Shown piece after piece: positions 42,270-56,379 of a stretch of DNA of 64,000 nt (positions are counted from its first letter, which is position 1; the number at the start of each line of letters is the position of its first letter). The position numbers were made by a program, and so were the translations under genes. This DNA comes from Isurus oxyrinchus (lineage: Eukaryota), in NCBI GenBank assembly GCA_026770705.1, contig JANJGN010000038.1, forward strand, positions 9,548,001 through 9,612,000, read 5' to 3'. Below the pieces are notes generated by a model. The model did not search any database. It was not told the origin of the DNA and saw nothing but the letters and a program-made list of their open reading frames with translations.

Positions 42270-42880
42270 ACAGTTTTCCGTCCCTGCTCCAATCTCCATT
42301 TCCCAGATACCAACTCCATCCCTCTCCCTGGGAACAGTCTGAGATTAAACCAGTCTGTTCACAACCTCGGTGTCACATTTGATCTCGAAATGAGTTGCTG
42401 ACCTCATTGTCTGTGCCTTCACTAAGATCGTTTGTTTCTACCTCCGTAATATCACCTGACCTCACCCCTGTCTCAGCTGCTGCTGAAACCCTCAATACTG
42501 CCATTTTTACCTCCAGATTCGACCATTGCAACACACTCCTGGCTGGTCTCCTACATTCTATCCTCCGTAACCTTGAAGAAATATTTTTGCTGTCTGTGTC
42601 TTCACTCACAGCTAGGCCCCTTCCCTGATCTTTCTTGGCTCCCGTTCAAGCAGCAACTTGATTTTAAAATTCTCATCCTTATTTTCAAATCCCCCCATGG
42701 CCTCCTCTCTCCCTATCTCTGCAATCTCCTGCAGACCCACAACCCTCTGAGATATCTGTAATGCTCTAATTTTAACATTCCTTGTTTTAATTGCTCCACC
42801 GTTAGCGTCCGTGCCTTCAGTTCCCTCAAGCTCTGAAATTCTCTCCCTCTGTCTACCACACTTTCCCCCTTTAAGACAAT
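42270..42880 (+). mobile_element. L2 LINE 3' fragment
   Basis: TSRFDHCNTLLAGL and LSWLPFKQQLDFKILIL motifs. Confidence 0.8.
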
Positions 42881-43544
42881 TGAGTATTAATGAAAAAAGA
42901 CATTTTGGCAAAACGTTTTATCTTGTACTCATCAGGATAGAGGGAAGAATACCAAATTTCAAAAATTATCAGTCAGGCTTGTAATGTGGCTGACTTACTC
43001 TTGCTAGAAGCTACATATGTTCATCCACAGGGACCTGTCCTCTGCAGGCAGAAGGAACAAGTCCAGGCACGGGGCCTATTGTGGAATTAAACAAAAGCAC
43101 AGAGGATGACAGCTCCTTGCTGTGTTCGCCATGGCAACAACCAATCAGAGCTGACGGGCCAGCAATCTGCACCCTTTTCTCATGCAGTAGAAATTGTTGT
43201 CTTTGAAATTTGGGATTCTTGTGTCCGTCCTGGTGAGTGCAAGTCGAAAAGTTTTGACAGCTTGTCTCTTTTTACAGTTATAATCAAATTCCGTACAATC
43301 AAACTACTATTTAACTATTTTTGGTCACCTGCCCTAATATCTCCTTCTGTGTCTGGGTGTCACACTTTGTTTTATAATTTCCCTGTGAAGCTCACTGGGA
43401 TGATGTATGATGTTAATAGAAGTTGTTGTTGTTTCTGACTGTGACCCTGATCTCCTGTTTTACAACAACCCATTGATTTCACACCAAACTCTATCTCTGA
43501 TTTATTGTCCCTCCTACGGGTCATTCATCCGGGTCTGCAGCCTC

Positions 43545-44035
43545 TGTAAAGATGGCGGCCACGCATGCTCCCTGTTGGACATTGCCCCCTACAAAGATGG
43601 TGGCCGCACATGCGCTCTGCGCTGCTTGCCCCCTATAAACATGGCAGCCATTAACTCGGGCCTACTTCCGGATTAGCCTGAACTGTCGTTGAAACGATGG
43701 TTCTTTATTGAGGATTTAGGACAGAGGTCGTGAATTTATAAAGCCTCCCAATTTCCCCGCCAGCCCTATCTATGCTCACGGGTTTTTGTTTTTCAGTTCT
43801 CAGTCCGCACTCAGTCTTTGTAAATCCCGCATTTCAAATCCGCTTGCTCCAGATGTATTCACGTCTGACTTAATGCTCTGCACACTTATCAAACTCACAA
43901 TGATTGACGGCAGCTCCGAACCAATAGGGACAGGGGGCGGGCCTGGAGGAACGAGACGGAGAGGCTGGTCGTCCGGCCAATCGGAATGAATGAGGGGCGT
44001 GGTGGACTTGAATTGGAGCATGCGCATTGGGGGTG
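43545..44035. promoter_or_regulatory. Divergent ZNF promoter-like region
   Basis: Left side: repeated AAGATGGCGGC (YY1) plus CATGCG units, an inverted homologue of 32455-32515. Right side: two CCAAT, GGGGCGGG and CATGCGCA preceding a truncated ZNF at about 44200-44480. Confidence 0.55.
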
Positions 44036-44587
44036 AGGATCGGGATGAAGGTGGTCAGGCTGAGAATCCAGCTGGTGAGAAAGGGCCGAGTGCAGGACAG
44101 GAATGGAGCTGGAGGGTGGACTGGGAGGGTTCACAAACCCCCGGTGTAGGACTCCAAACCCGGATTAGAAACTCCCGGAGCCGAGTTTACACCGAGTGTT
44201 TGGAAACTCCTTTACCAGAGGGTTAGAAGGGGAGGATTTACACACAGTAAACTCAAACCAAGAGAAATAATTGTCTCTTCTCAATTTCTATCCTGGACTG
44301 ACAGGGTTGGTTTTTTTAAATCTCCTTTTTACAGGATTTTCACTGGGAAGGATTTACAAACGGGGAAACTCAAACCAAACATCACATCAAGATCTGACAG
44401 AGTCACTCGAGTCATCAGGATCCAAATGACTTTGACTGTGGAAGGAAAAAGGTTTGTGTGTTCCGTTTGTGGGAAAAGCACCAAATATTTCAAAATCCTG
44501 ATTAGACCGCACCTAAACCACTGTCATAAAAATTGAAAATGCTGGAAGTGCTCAGCAGGTCTGGCAGCATCTGTGGAGAGAAACATA

Positions 44588-44624
44588 GTTAACGTTTCAG
44601 ATCAACATGACCTTTCATCAGAAC
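44588..44624 (-). ncRNA. Minimal type I hammerhead ribozyme motif (Penelope terminus)
   Basis: GUU-CUGAUGA-A-AGGUC(AUGUU)GAUCU-GAAACGUU-AAC: intact core, helix I and II pairing, palindromic ACGU helix III. Confidence 0.7.
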
Positions 44625-44769
44625 AGGAATACAGTGTTCAGTTCTGGGCAGCACCTTAGGAAGGATAAACTATATTGGCCTTAGTGGGAGTGGAGTGCAG
44701 ATGTACCTGAATAACACCTGGATTCCAACGGTTAAATTATGAGGAGAGGTCAAACAAATGCTTCAGAGT

Positions 44770-45545
44770 CATTGCAGCACAGAAAGAGGCCATTCAGCCC
44801 ATTGAGTCCATGCTATGTGTCTGTCGAGCAACCCAGTCTGTCTCATTGGCCCATGGTGTATCAAATCTCGGCACATTTATTTCTCTTAAATGCTGGTCCA
44901 ATTTAATTTTAAATCATTGATCATGTCTGATTCCAGCCTCCTCGTAGGTAGTGAGTTCTGGGTTATTACCAATTGTTGTGTAAAATGTTCCGCCTTGCAT
45001 TTGCCCTGTATCTGTTGCCCATAACCTTCAGTCTGTGTCCTTCTAATCCTTGTATCATCACCTAGTGGATACAACTTTCTCTTTGTCCATCTTATCTAAA
45101 CCTGTCACAATCTTGTCCACCTCTATCAAATCTCCTCTCAACTCCATTATTCCAAGAACAACTCCAGCTTCTCCAATCTAACCTTGTAACTGAATTCCTG
45201 TTTTCCTGGAACCATTCTGGCAAATCTCCTCCGCAGCCTCTCGAGGACCCTCACATCTTTCCTAAAGTGTGGAGACCAAAACTGGATGCAGTACTCCTGT
45301 TGTGACCTAACCAGAGCTTTATAACGGGTCATCTTATTTTTCCCTGCTTTTATGCACGTTAAATCCGCTTATGAAGTCCATGATCCCAGATATTTTTCTA
45401 ACTGCTCTCTCAATATGTCCTGTCACCTTCAAATGTCTGTGCAGGTCAACCCCCAGGTCCCCCTGTCCCTGCACACTCTTTGGGGTTGTACCATTAAGTA
45501 TCTATTGCCTCTCCCTATTCCTTCTGCCAGTATTCATCATCTCAC
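44770..45545 (-). mobile_element. CR1 LINE 3' fragment
   Basis: YKALVRSQQEYCIQFWSPHFRKDV; further CR1 pieces at about 45550-45940, 46920-47480 and 48100-48650. Confidence 0.85.
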
Positions 45546-46149
45546 TGTGAGGGTTGCATTCCCTGGAATTTAGAAGATTGAGGAGGATTTTCTCGAAGGT
45601 TTCATGATATTAATTGGAAATGGTGTGGTAGATAGAGAGGAACTATTTCCATTGGTTGGGGGATCCAGGACTGAGGAACACAGTCTACAAATTAGAGCCA
45701 GACCTTTCAGGAATGAGATTAGGAAAATCTTCTCCAGGTAAAGTTGGGAGAAGTTTGGAATTCTCTTCCTGAATTAGCAGTACATGCTTGATCAATATTC
45801 AGTTTCAATCTGACATTGATAGATCTTTGCTAACCCAAGGTATAAATTAAGGCACATGAGACAAAGGGTCACAGATCAGCGGTGATCTGATTGCATGGTG
45901 GGATAGGCTCGAGGAGCTAAATGGCCACCTCCTGGAATCATAGAAACTTAGAGCACAGAAGGAGGCCATTCAACCCTTTGTGCTTGTGCTGTCTCTTTGA
46001 AAGAGCAGTTGTGTTTAGTCCCTGTTCGTAACCCTGTAAATTCCTCAATCTCAATCCCAGTCAACTCGCTTTTAAACTCCCTGATAGAATCAGTTTTCAG
46101 CACCTTTTCAGGTAGAATGTTCCAGATCCTGACAACTCACTGTTGGTGC

Positions 46150-46465
46150 AGAAACTGCTGAACTCGATGTTGAGTCCAGAAGATTGTAAAGTGCCAAATC
46201 AAAAGATGAGCTGCTGTTCCTCAAGCCCCCATGAAGCTTCATTGGAACAGTTCAGGAGGCCGAGGACAGAGAGGTCAGAGTGGGAGTGGGGCGGAGAATT
46301 AAAATGACAAGTGACCGGAAGCTCAGGGTCAAGCTCACAGACTGAACGGAGGTTGTTCCACAAAGTCATTACCCAATCTGTGTTTGGTCTCCCCAATGTA
46401 GAGCAGACTGCATCGTGAGCAGTGAATACAGTAACTAAACTGCAAGAAGTACAAATAAATCACTG
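46150..46465 (-). mobile_element. Penelope GIY-YIG fragment
   Basis: YCIHCSRCSLLYIGETKHRLG and LEEQQLIF. Confidence 0.85.
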
Positions 46466-47774
46466 TTAGGTTACATCTTGCAAAACCTTGAAAATAACCT
46501 GAATAAAGATACTTCACCTGAAGAGTAAAAGTTAAAAAATAATTACACCGTCTATCTTCAGGGTGTAATCCAACAACAGCACCTTGTATTAACACAGAGG
46601 GTTGTGGGGCTGGAAGAGGTTACAGAGATACTGAGGATCCGGTTGACATTGTCTATCTCACTGGTGTCAAATTCAATTACCGTGGTAGCTCTGTCCAATA
46701 TCCTGACACTGGGTGAGGGCCACATTCAACAGAAGATATAAAAATGCAACTAGATACAGAAACTATATCAGTATTTACAGATGCCTCGATTTTATTTACT
46801 CATCCTGCTGCTACCAATACTTGGCACCTCTTAGCTTCATCCATCACATCAACACTTGGAGCAAATGACTGAGCTGTGGTCTGTCTCGGGTAAAAAACAC
46901 AAGGACCACTTGTCACCACAGAATCATAGAAATTTACAGCAGGAGGGCATTCAGCCCATCATGTGTCTACCAGCCGAAAATGAGCAATCCAGTCTAATCC
47001 TGCTTCCCAGCTCTTGGTCTGTAATCCTGTAGGTTACAGCACATCCAGTGTATATCCCAGTACCTTTTAAATCTGTGTATTTCTGCCCCTATCAGCCTTT
47101 CAGTCAGTAAGTTCCAAGATCCATCACCCTCCAAGTAAAGTCATTATTGAACTCCCCTCTAATCTTCCACCAATTACTTTCAATCTCTGTCCTCTTGGTT
47201 CTGACTGCTCTGTAAATGAAATAGGTCCTTCTTATCCACTCCACCTGGGACCCTCATAATTTTATATACCTCAGTTAAATCTCCTCTCTTCCTCCCCTGT
47301 CCCAAAGAAAACAACCCCAGCTGATCCGATCTTACCTCAGAGTTAAAATTCTCCAGTCCTGGCAACATCCAGATAAATCTCTTCTCCTGTGCTCTCTCCT
47401 GTGTGATCACATCCTTCCTGTAATTTGCTGACTAGAACTGGACTCAGTAGTCTAGCTGTGCTCTAACTAGTGTTTTTTAAAGCTCTCGAATAACTGCTCT
47501 CTCACCTTCCATTAACTTCAATGTGATGGAGTCTGACAGCTGGAACTTGTCAACATTTGAAAGATATTTACAAATGATTCGAGGGTTTCTTACAGTTGGA
47601 ATCTTTCTCTATTCTGTCCACTCGAGGTATTAGAAAACAGACTTTCTCCTGTGAACATTGAGCTGGACAATTGGTGTTACCTTGTTCATCTTGTTGACTC
47701 TAAATGTTGAATCTTGTGGTTTGTGACACCAGATAATCAATCTCACAACAAAAGATTGTCTCACACTGATTTTA

Positions 47775-48066
47775 CTGACAGCACTGCAATAATACAGACA
47801 AGTATCGTCCCCTGATCTGGAGAACAGGGATAATATTGTGCTAAACTCATTGTTCGATTGTGTCCAAAATGTAAATGATTTAATCATTTTCTGTGGATCC
47901 TGTCCTGACTGAAGAGTTCGGTGTGGGATTGACATGAACGTCCACAGAACTGGCCTTTCATATTGTTGTTGGTGGTGCTTGGGTCAACATCTGCATCTGT
48001 GCCACCTCTGACCTTCCTCTGGGCATGTCAGATGTTGAGTTTGATGTAGATGGTCCTCAAAACACG
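47775..48066 (-). pseudogene. Decayed Ig-superfamily V-type exon (TCR/Ig V-like)
   Basis: Acceptor TTATTCAG, then phase-1 xCFEDHLHQTQHLTCPEEGQ...C*...QQQYERPVLW...NNEFSTIL...GDDTCLYYCSA; length fits a V exon; stop codon present and conserved Trp absent. Confidence 0.45.
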
Positions 48067-48654
48067 CTGAATAAAATTTCAGTGGTTGCCTCCACTTCTA
48101 CACTCATAGGTGTTTACAGCTCAGGAGAAGGCCATTCAGCCCATTGTGCCCATGCTGCTCACAAAGATCTGACTACACCAATCCCATTTTCCAGCGCTTG
48201 GCCCAAAGCCCTGGAGGCTAAAGCAATGCAAGTGAATATTTAAACGCTTCTTAAATGTTACAAGCGTTTCTGACACAACCTCCCTTTCAGGCCGTGAGTT
48301 CCAGGCTCCCACCACCCTCTGGGTGAAAAAAAAAATAATTCTCCTTAACTCCCCTCTTAGCCTTCTACCTCTTACCTTAAATCTGTGCGCCCACCCCCTG
48401 CCCTCCCCCTCCTAGTTAATTGACCCCTCTACTAATGGAAAAAGTGCATTCTTATCCATCCTACTATGCCCCTCATAATCTTAAACCACATCTATCAGGT
48501 CCCTTTTGCTACTCGAAGGAAATAAAACCCAGCCTATCCAATCTTTCCTCATAGCTCAGAGCCTCCAGCCCGGGCAGTATCCTGGTAAATCTCCTCTGCA
48601 CCCTCTCCAGTGCAATCACATCCTTCCTATAATGTAGTGACCAGAACTCAGCCG

Positions 48655-49075
48655 GCCGTCTGCAGTGTTTTCCGAGGAGAAGCGGTCTGCAATGCAGAAG
48701 TTTGTGAGGGTCTTTTTTAGGGTGTCCTTGTATTGGTTGTACTGACCACCTTGATGTTTGTCCTGAGACAGTTCCCCAAAAAGATCAGCTTGGGAATTCT
48801 GTGATTGACCATGTGGGAAACATGGCCTGGCCATCGGAGCTGAATTGTCTGGAGGGTGGTCTCCAAGCTGTTGAACCCAGCGTGATGGAGAATCTCGTTA
48901 TTTGTGATTGTTGTCCTGCCATCTAATTCTCAGGATGGACCTCGGGTGTCTTTGATGGAAGTGTTCCAGAGCTTTAATGTGGCTGCAAGAGCAGACCCAG
49001 GATTCTGCTCCATACAGCAGGGTGCTCAGGATAATGGCCTGGTAAAGTTTGATTTTAGTTTTAATGCCATGTTGC
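48655..49075 (-). mobile_element. RTE-clade LINE fragment
   Basis: LFGELSQDKHQGGQYNQYKDTLKKTL, the RTE C-terminal GEL..GG...KDTLK motif. Confidence 0.7.
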
Positions 49076-49349
49076 TTCCAGACAGAAATAATACCGTGGA
49101 TTTAGAGCTAGATTATAAAGGGGATATACAGCACAGAATCAGGTCATTCAGCCCAGTCAGTCCATGCTGGTGTTTACACTCCACTCGAGCCTTCTCCCAT
49201 CTTTTTTCATCTACATCTACCAATGTAACCATCTATTCCCTTCTTCCTCATAGACTTGTCTATTTTCCCCTGAAATGCATCTATCTTATTCACTTCCTGA
49301 TTCGAATTCCATGCAATTCACTCCCGCCCCTCCCCAGTTTCAGATTGGA

Positions 49350-50330
49350 AACAGGTTGAAAGTGGTGATCCATAAGGATCAGTGCTGGGTCCACTGTTAG
49401 TCATAATGTACATTCATGATTGGGACTCAATGTGAATTTTTAGCTGATAACAAACTGGAGGCTGTGTATCCAACACCGAGGAAGGATGTACATAATACAA
49501 AACAACATTAGAACACCTGCAGTGGTAAATAAACTTTAACATGGATAATGTTCAATGATGTACTTTGGTATGAGAAGTACAAACATCTCCTACACCTTAG
49601 AGAAAAAGAGAATGAATGGGGTAGAAAAGCAAGGCAACCTCAGGATATCATGAACAAATAATTTTAAAAATGATGGCAAATCAACAATTCAACTACAAAT
49701 ACTCAAAGCTCTAGGATTTATTACGCGTACACAATTCATAAATAGTAAAGTTATGTTCAATGTGTATAGGTGTCAGTGCGCAGCTCTGGACTCTGTATAA
49801 TCACTGCTGAAAGTGCAATAAACTTTGCAATGGTGATGTACATGATGCAAGGATACACGATAGACAAGGATGATATCAGAAATGAGAGATTACAGTTATT
49901 GGGAAAGATTGAACTGGTTGGGGCTTTTCTCTTTCGACAAGAGAAGACTTAGAGGTGATATAAAGAGGCCTTTTCAATGATGATGGAATGTATATGGTAA
50001 ATGTGAAGCCAATGTTTCCACTTGTGGGAGAATCAAAACCTACGGCCATAAATACAGGATAGTTGCTACTAAATCCAACAGGGAAAAGATGGGAAGTGTC
50101 TTTACTCAGAGTAAATGTGAAATGCACTGCCACAGGAAGTGGGTGAGGTGAAACAGCTTCGATGTTTTCAAAAGGAAACGGGATGAGTGAATGAGAGAAA
50201 GGGGATAAGGAGGAGAAGCTGAAAGGCTGGGAGGAGGCAGATGGAATGGAAGGAAACGTGGGTGAAATATAAACACCAGCACAAACTCGTTGAACAAAAT
50301 GGTCTTATTCTGGACTTTATATTCTCTGTA
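49350..50330 (+). mobile_element. Old CR1 fragment
   Basis: GSVLGPLL-like motif at about 49375 and a decayed CR1 3' region. Confidence 0.6.
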
Positions 50331-51690
50331 ATTCAATAAATAATCTTCTACTGGCTCCTGATCTTGATGTTCCACATCCACGTGAGCCCATATCTTCCTT
50401 TAGTTTCTCTCCAATCTCCCTCCTGCCCTCTCAGGGCTGATCTTGCCCATGGGACCCAACTCCTGCTCCATCCACCCTATTCCTAGTCAATGCTGACCAT
50501 CCAACTTTCCCATGTCCGCTGAATTTGCTAAAAGAACCATTCCCCTATCTCAGTGAAAAGTGGGGTCAAATGAGGCTGTGACATCGCACCAATCCTCTTC
50601 TCCATTTTCCTCTCTGCAATGTTGCTCATCTCCCCCACTGCACATGCTCAGAGGATAACCCGGTGCTGCACATGCTCACTGGGCTCCTGTGGTGACTGAC
50701 AGGGCACATTCTGTCACGTGGAAAATTATCATCATCCTTGAAAGTCCAATTGGTGAGTGGAAATTTTCATGAACACATTGCGATTGAATTGAATGACTGT
50801 TTCTGTCATGTAGTCCTTTACGGCAGAGGTGAATTAATGCTCAGGTCCACACAACTACAGTCAAGGAGATGGATTAATGATCCAGCTCACAAATCTCCCC
50901 ATCATAAAATCTGTTTCTTTCATCACTGTCTCCACCCTTCTCACTGGCCACGGTCTGTGGCTAATCCAGACCAATTGCAGCCTTAGTTTCCTATTAGACC
51001 CTAATCTGAGGGCTGAGTTACTGACTACACATTCTCTCCATCAGGGAGATCACCTCCATCCACCTCTGGAATATCAGTTCTCCCCAACACCCTTTAGTGA
51101 ATTTCCTGCTGAAATCCTCATCCATGCCTCTCTTACCTCCAGAGTCGACTATTCCTATGCTCCTCTGGCTGGTCGCCCATCTTCCACCCTTCATAAACCT
51201 TCATCCAACATTCTTCTCACTGCTAGCAGTTTATTGGAAATAGGGTCAGTAGAGCAGGTCTCATGGACAAGGTGAGCATTGAGAAGACGGAGGGGGGGAA
51301 TGGTGTAATGGAGAAAAACCTAAAGGAAGGTGTGAGTTCAAGATGAGAGGGCAGATCTTTAGAGACAGTTTGTCCCAGTGGGCTAGTGGGAGGGAGAGAA
51401 GCAGCAGAGGCAGCTGATCGGATTGTCTCAATCTTAGTGACAAAGAAGCTCCATGAGCTCCTCACACTTGTTGTTGGAGGTGAGGATGGAGGAGACAGGG
51501 GAGAGGGAGAGCCCTTCGAGGGACACTAACTTGTATCAGAGATACTAAAAAAAATCAATATGCTGTTTAACACAAAGCGCTTCAATAACATAATTTACCC
51601 CCTATAACTGGGCTGGGATTTATTAAGATCAACAGAAACCGACCTATTGAACAGGCCTCAGTCCTGGATGTGAGTAAGAGAAAAGCCCAA

Positions 51691-52731
<1,041 letters not shown>

Positions 52732-53384
52732 GTTCAAAATCTGAAGATACTCAGTTTAAGGTAAATTGAGTAACTCCATCAGATCCTGATGTGATGTTTG
52801 GATTGAGTTTCCCGACTGCAAATCCTCCCCTTCTAACACCCTGTGAAACTGATTTAAAACAGAAAAAGGGAGTGAGAGAGAACCCACAAAAACACAAAGG
52901 CAGGTTGTGAAATTGAGCTGAATGAATCTGGTCATTTGTGGGGCCGGCACGAGGAAAAAGTGACCATGAAACTGCTGGATTGTCATAAATAAACAGCTGG
53001 TTCACTAATGTCCTTCAGGGAAGGGAACCTGCAACCCAGTCAAGGCCTACACGAGACCCTGGCCTCTATGTAGAGAGGCAGAGAGAGAGAGAGGGAGGCT
53101 GTGGGTGGGCGGTGGAGGGGTTGGCGGGGGTTGGGGGGGGGAGTGGGGAGTGGGTGGGAAGTGCAGGAGGAAGGAGAGGGATTTTATATATTTACAACTG
53201 AACCAGGATTTTGACAGGATCCACAACGTTATTGATTTTGAATGTAATAAAAAAATCTGGAATTAAAAGTCCAATGGTGACCATGAAACTATTGGAGATT
53301 GTTGTAAAAACCCATCTGGGTCACTAATGTCCTTTATGGAGGGAAACCTGCTGCCCTTACCTGGGGATGGGTAATAAATGCTAA

Positions 53385-54810
53385 ACAATAACAGAATTAC
53401 CTGGAAAACTCAGCAGGTCTGGCAGCATTGACGGAGAAGAAAAAAGTTGACGGTTCGAGTCCTCGGGACCCTTCAGCAGTACTGGTTGAATCCAAGAAGA
53501 AGGGTGAAATATAAGATGGTTTAAGGTGGGGTGGGGCGGCGGAGAAGTGGAGGGGTGGTGTGGTTGCAGGGACAAGCAAGCAGTGATAGGAGCAGATAAT
53601 CAAAAGATGTCACAGACTGAAGAACAAAAGCACACAGAGGTGTTGAGGTTGGTGATATTATCTAAACGAATGTGCTGATTAAGAATGGATGGTAGGGCAC
53701 CCAAAGTATAGCTCTAGTGGTGGTGGGGGGGCATAAAAGATTTAAAAATAATGAAAATACTTGGGAAAAGAAAAGTCTGTATAAATTATTGGAAAAAACA
53801 AAAGGAAGGGGGAAGAAACGGAAAGGGGGTGGGGATGCATGAGGGTGGACAAGATCTAAAGTTGTTGAATTCAATATTCAGACCGGAAGGCTGTAAAGTA
53901 CCTAGTCGGAAGATGAGATGCTGTTCCTCCAGTTTGCGTTGGGCTTCACTGGAACAATGCAGTAAGCCAAGGACAGACATGTGGGTAAGAGAGCAGGGTG
54001 GAGTGTTAAAATGGCAAGCAACAGGGAGGTTTGGGTCATTCTTGCGGATAGACCGTAGGTGTTCTGCAAAGTGGTCGCCCAGTTTACGTTTGGTCTCTCC
54101 AATGTAGAGGAGACCACATTGGAAGCAACAAATGCAGTAGACTAAGTTGGGGGAAATGCAAGTGAAATGCCGCTTCACTTGAAAGGATTGTTTGGGGCCT
54201 TGGATAGTGAGGAGAGAGGAAGTGAAGGGGCAGGTGTTGCATCTTTTGTGTGGGCATGGGGAGGTGGGGGTTGAGGAGTAGGGGGTGATGGAGGAGTGGA
54301 CCAGGGTGTCCCGGAGGGAATGATCCCTACGGAATGCCACCGGGGGGGTGCAGGGAAGATGTATTTGGTGGTGGCATCATGCTGGAAATGGCGGAGATGA
54401 TCCTTTGAATGCGGAGGCTGGTGGGGTGATAAGTGAGGACAAGGGGGAGCATATTATGTTTCTGCGAGGAAGGAGAAGGCATGAGGGCAGATTCACGGGA
54501 GATGGGCCGGACACGGTTGAGGGCCCTATCAACGACCGTGGGTGGAAAACCTCAGTTAAGGAAGAAGGAGGACATGTCAGAGGAACTGTTTTTGAAGATA
54601 GCATCATCAGAACAGATGCAACGGAGGCGAAGGAACTGAGAGAATGGGATGGAGTCCTTACAGGAAGCGGGGTGTGAGGAGCTGTAGTTGAGGTAGCTGT
54701 GGGAGTCGGTAGACTTGTAACAGATATTGGTGGACAGTCTATCACCAGAGATTGAGACAGAGAGGTCAAGGAAGGGAAGGGAAGTGTCAGAGATGGACCA
54801 CGTGAAAATG
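53385..54810 (-). mobile_element. Penelope-like element, 5'-truncated
   Basis: LPFLD, SIPFSQFLRLR and GIY-YIG NLVYCICCFQCGLLYIGETK; 3' terminal repeat. Confidence 0.93.
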
Positions 54811-56379
54811 ATGCCTCTAGCTCTGCTTTCGTCCTCTTTCCTTTCTATCTTTCTGTTAGTAATCCCTCTACTGATTTTCATCCCTTTCTCTCGTTCTGCA
54901 TCCAAACTGCTATTTCTGTCTTTTCTTCCTCGCTAGGTAGCTCTATCTATGTTTCTGATCCTCTCTTTAACCATCTAGCTGACGCTCAGTGTACACCAGT
55001 TCTCTGTCTATTTCTACTTTTATCTCTCTGCCCTTTAACTTATTGTCACATCCCTGTATCGAATATTTCAATTGAGTTCATATCCCATTTGTTCTAAACT
55101 GGTTAAAAATAACTTTAAATTGAGAAAGCAAAATGTAATTTACTGTCTTCGATTTTAGTTTATTATTTCCACAAATGGGATTTCTAGATTATTATTTCGA
55201 TGTCTTTCTGCATCACAACCTTTTGTCTTTGCAGATATGACTCCACCTGCTTTTCTGTCCCCCCGTGTTATCTGTACCTTCATGTTATGGGCACGAAACC
55301 CCACACTTAGGACACTTTTCTCTGCTTTTTGTCCAAACAGCGCTTTGAGGCTGAAAATCGACTTCGGTAGAGGTGAATCCGTCATTACCCGATCGATGGC
55401 GATTATACACTGGTCAATTTTCCACCCTGTGGAATTCCATACAGAGGAAATGCGGTGGTTTTAGATAACTGGTGGCCCATTCAATACCGCCTGATATCCC
55501 ACGGCCTGCCTCCCCCTCACTCCACGACCCCCCCAACCAACCATCCCCCAACACACCCACTCCCCGCGCAATCAAAGCTGAATTTAACGTGAAACATATA
55601 AAGATGGTGGGAATGAATAGCTACTATATCTGTCTGGAAACTGTACATCGCCAGGTCATGAACTTATCATTAATTTTAATAGGTGGTGAACCATGACTTC
55701 GGGGTATAAAATATCTTTGTTTGTTCCCAGCCCCGAAACTGAAATTTCCGGGCTGGATGTTAAGTAAGCGAACTCCAGGAGATCATGATATCCCATAATA
55801 AAAACAATCAAACTCCCCATGTGCCCGATCACATCAAAACATCAATGACCTGCTGACTCGGGAAGTCGTAGGAATTAGGGACATTACAGCAGAAGGGAGC
55901 AGAGCTGTCTGTTTTACTATGGACATTGCCACACTCTGCTGGCGATGAAAGTGTATTACACTGTCATCAGTGCAACGTGTTCGTTCATTCATGGCCATTA
56001 GCTTCATCTTATCCAGCTATCTCGATCAGCATATCGATTCAAATTTCCCACAATAATTTTCATGGGGGAAGGTGTCCATTAAATAGGGGATTTCATAGAC
56101 TTAGGAGAAAGAAGTGAAAACATTCCTGAAGGTGAAATTCCTGAGGAGGTTTTAGGGGGACACTTACAAGAGAAATTAGGTAATTACAGTAATAACGGAC
56201 GAGATGCCGTTGCTGGAGGTGAACGACGAGGAAAAGTAGACTGAAGGGGTAATCCAGTGCTCCATGAGATTTATTTAATATCCAATCTGATCCTGAGTCT
56301 CAATTTTTAATGGAGCAAAAAATGGCTTAAAAGTAAGAACATCATTTCAGTGTTTGCAAGAGGGCACCACAGCCCACTC

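Noticed and set aside
55320-55400. GCTTTTTGT followed by a DFGRG peptide, resembling a J segment with RSS
   Set aside because: No heptamer at 12 or 23 bp, no FGxGT and no correctly placed splice donor
55925-56372. Two CTCF-like motifs (CCAGCAGAGTGTG on the minus strand; GCAAGAGGGCACC)
   Set aside because: Two to four mismatches to the core; not distinguishable from chance without scoring
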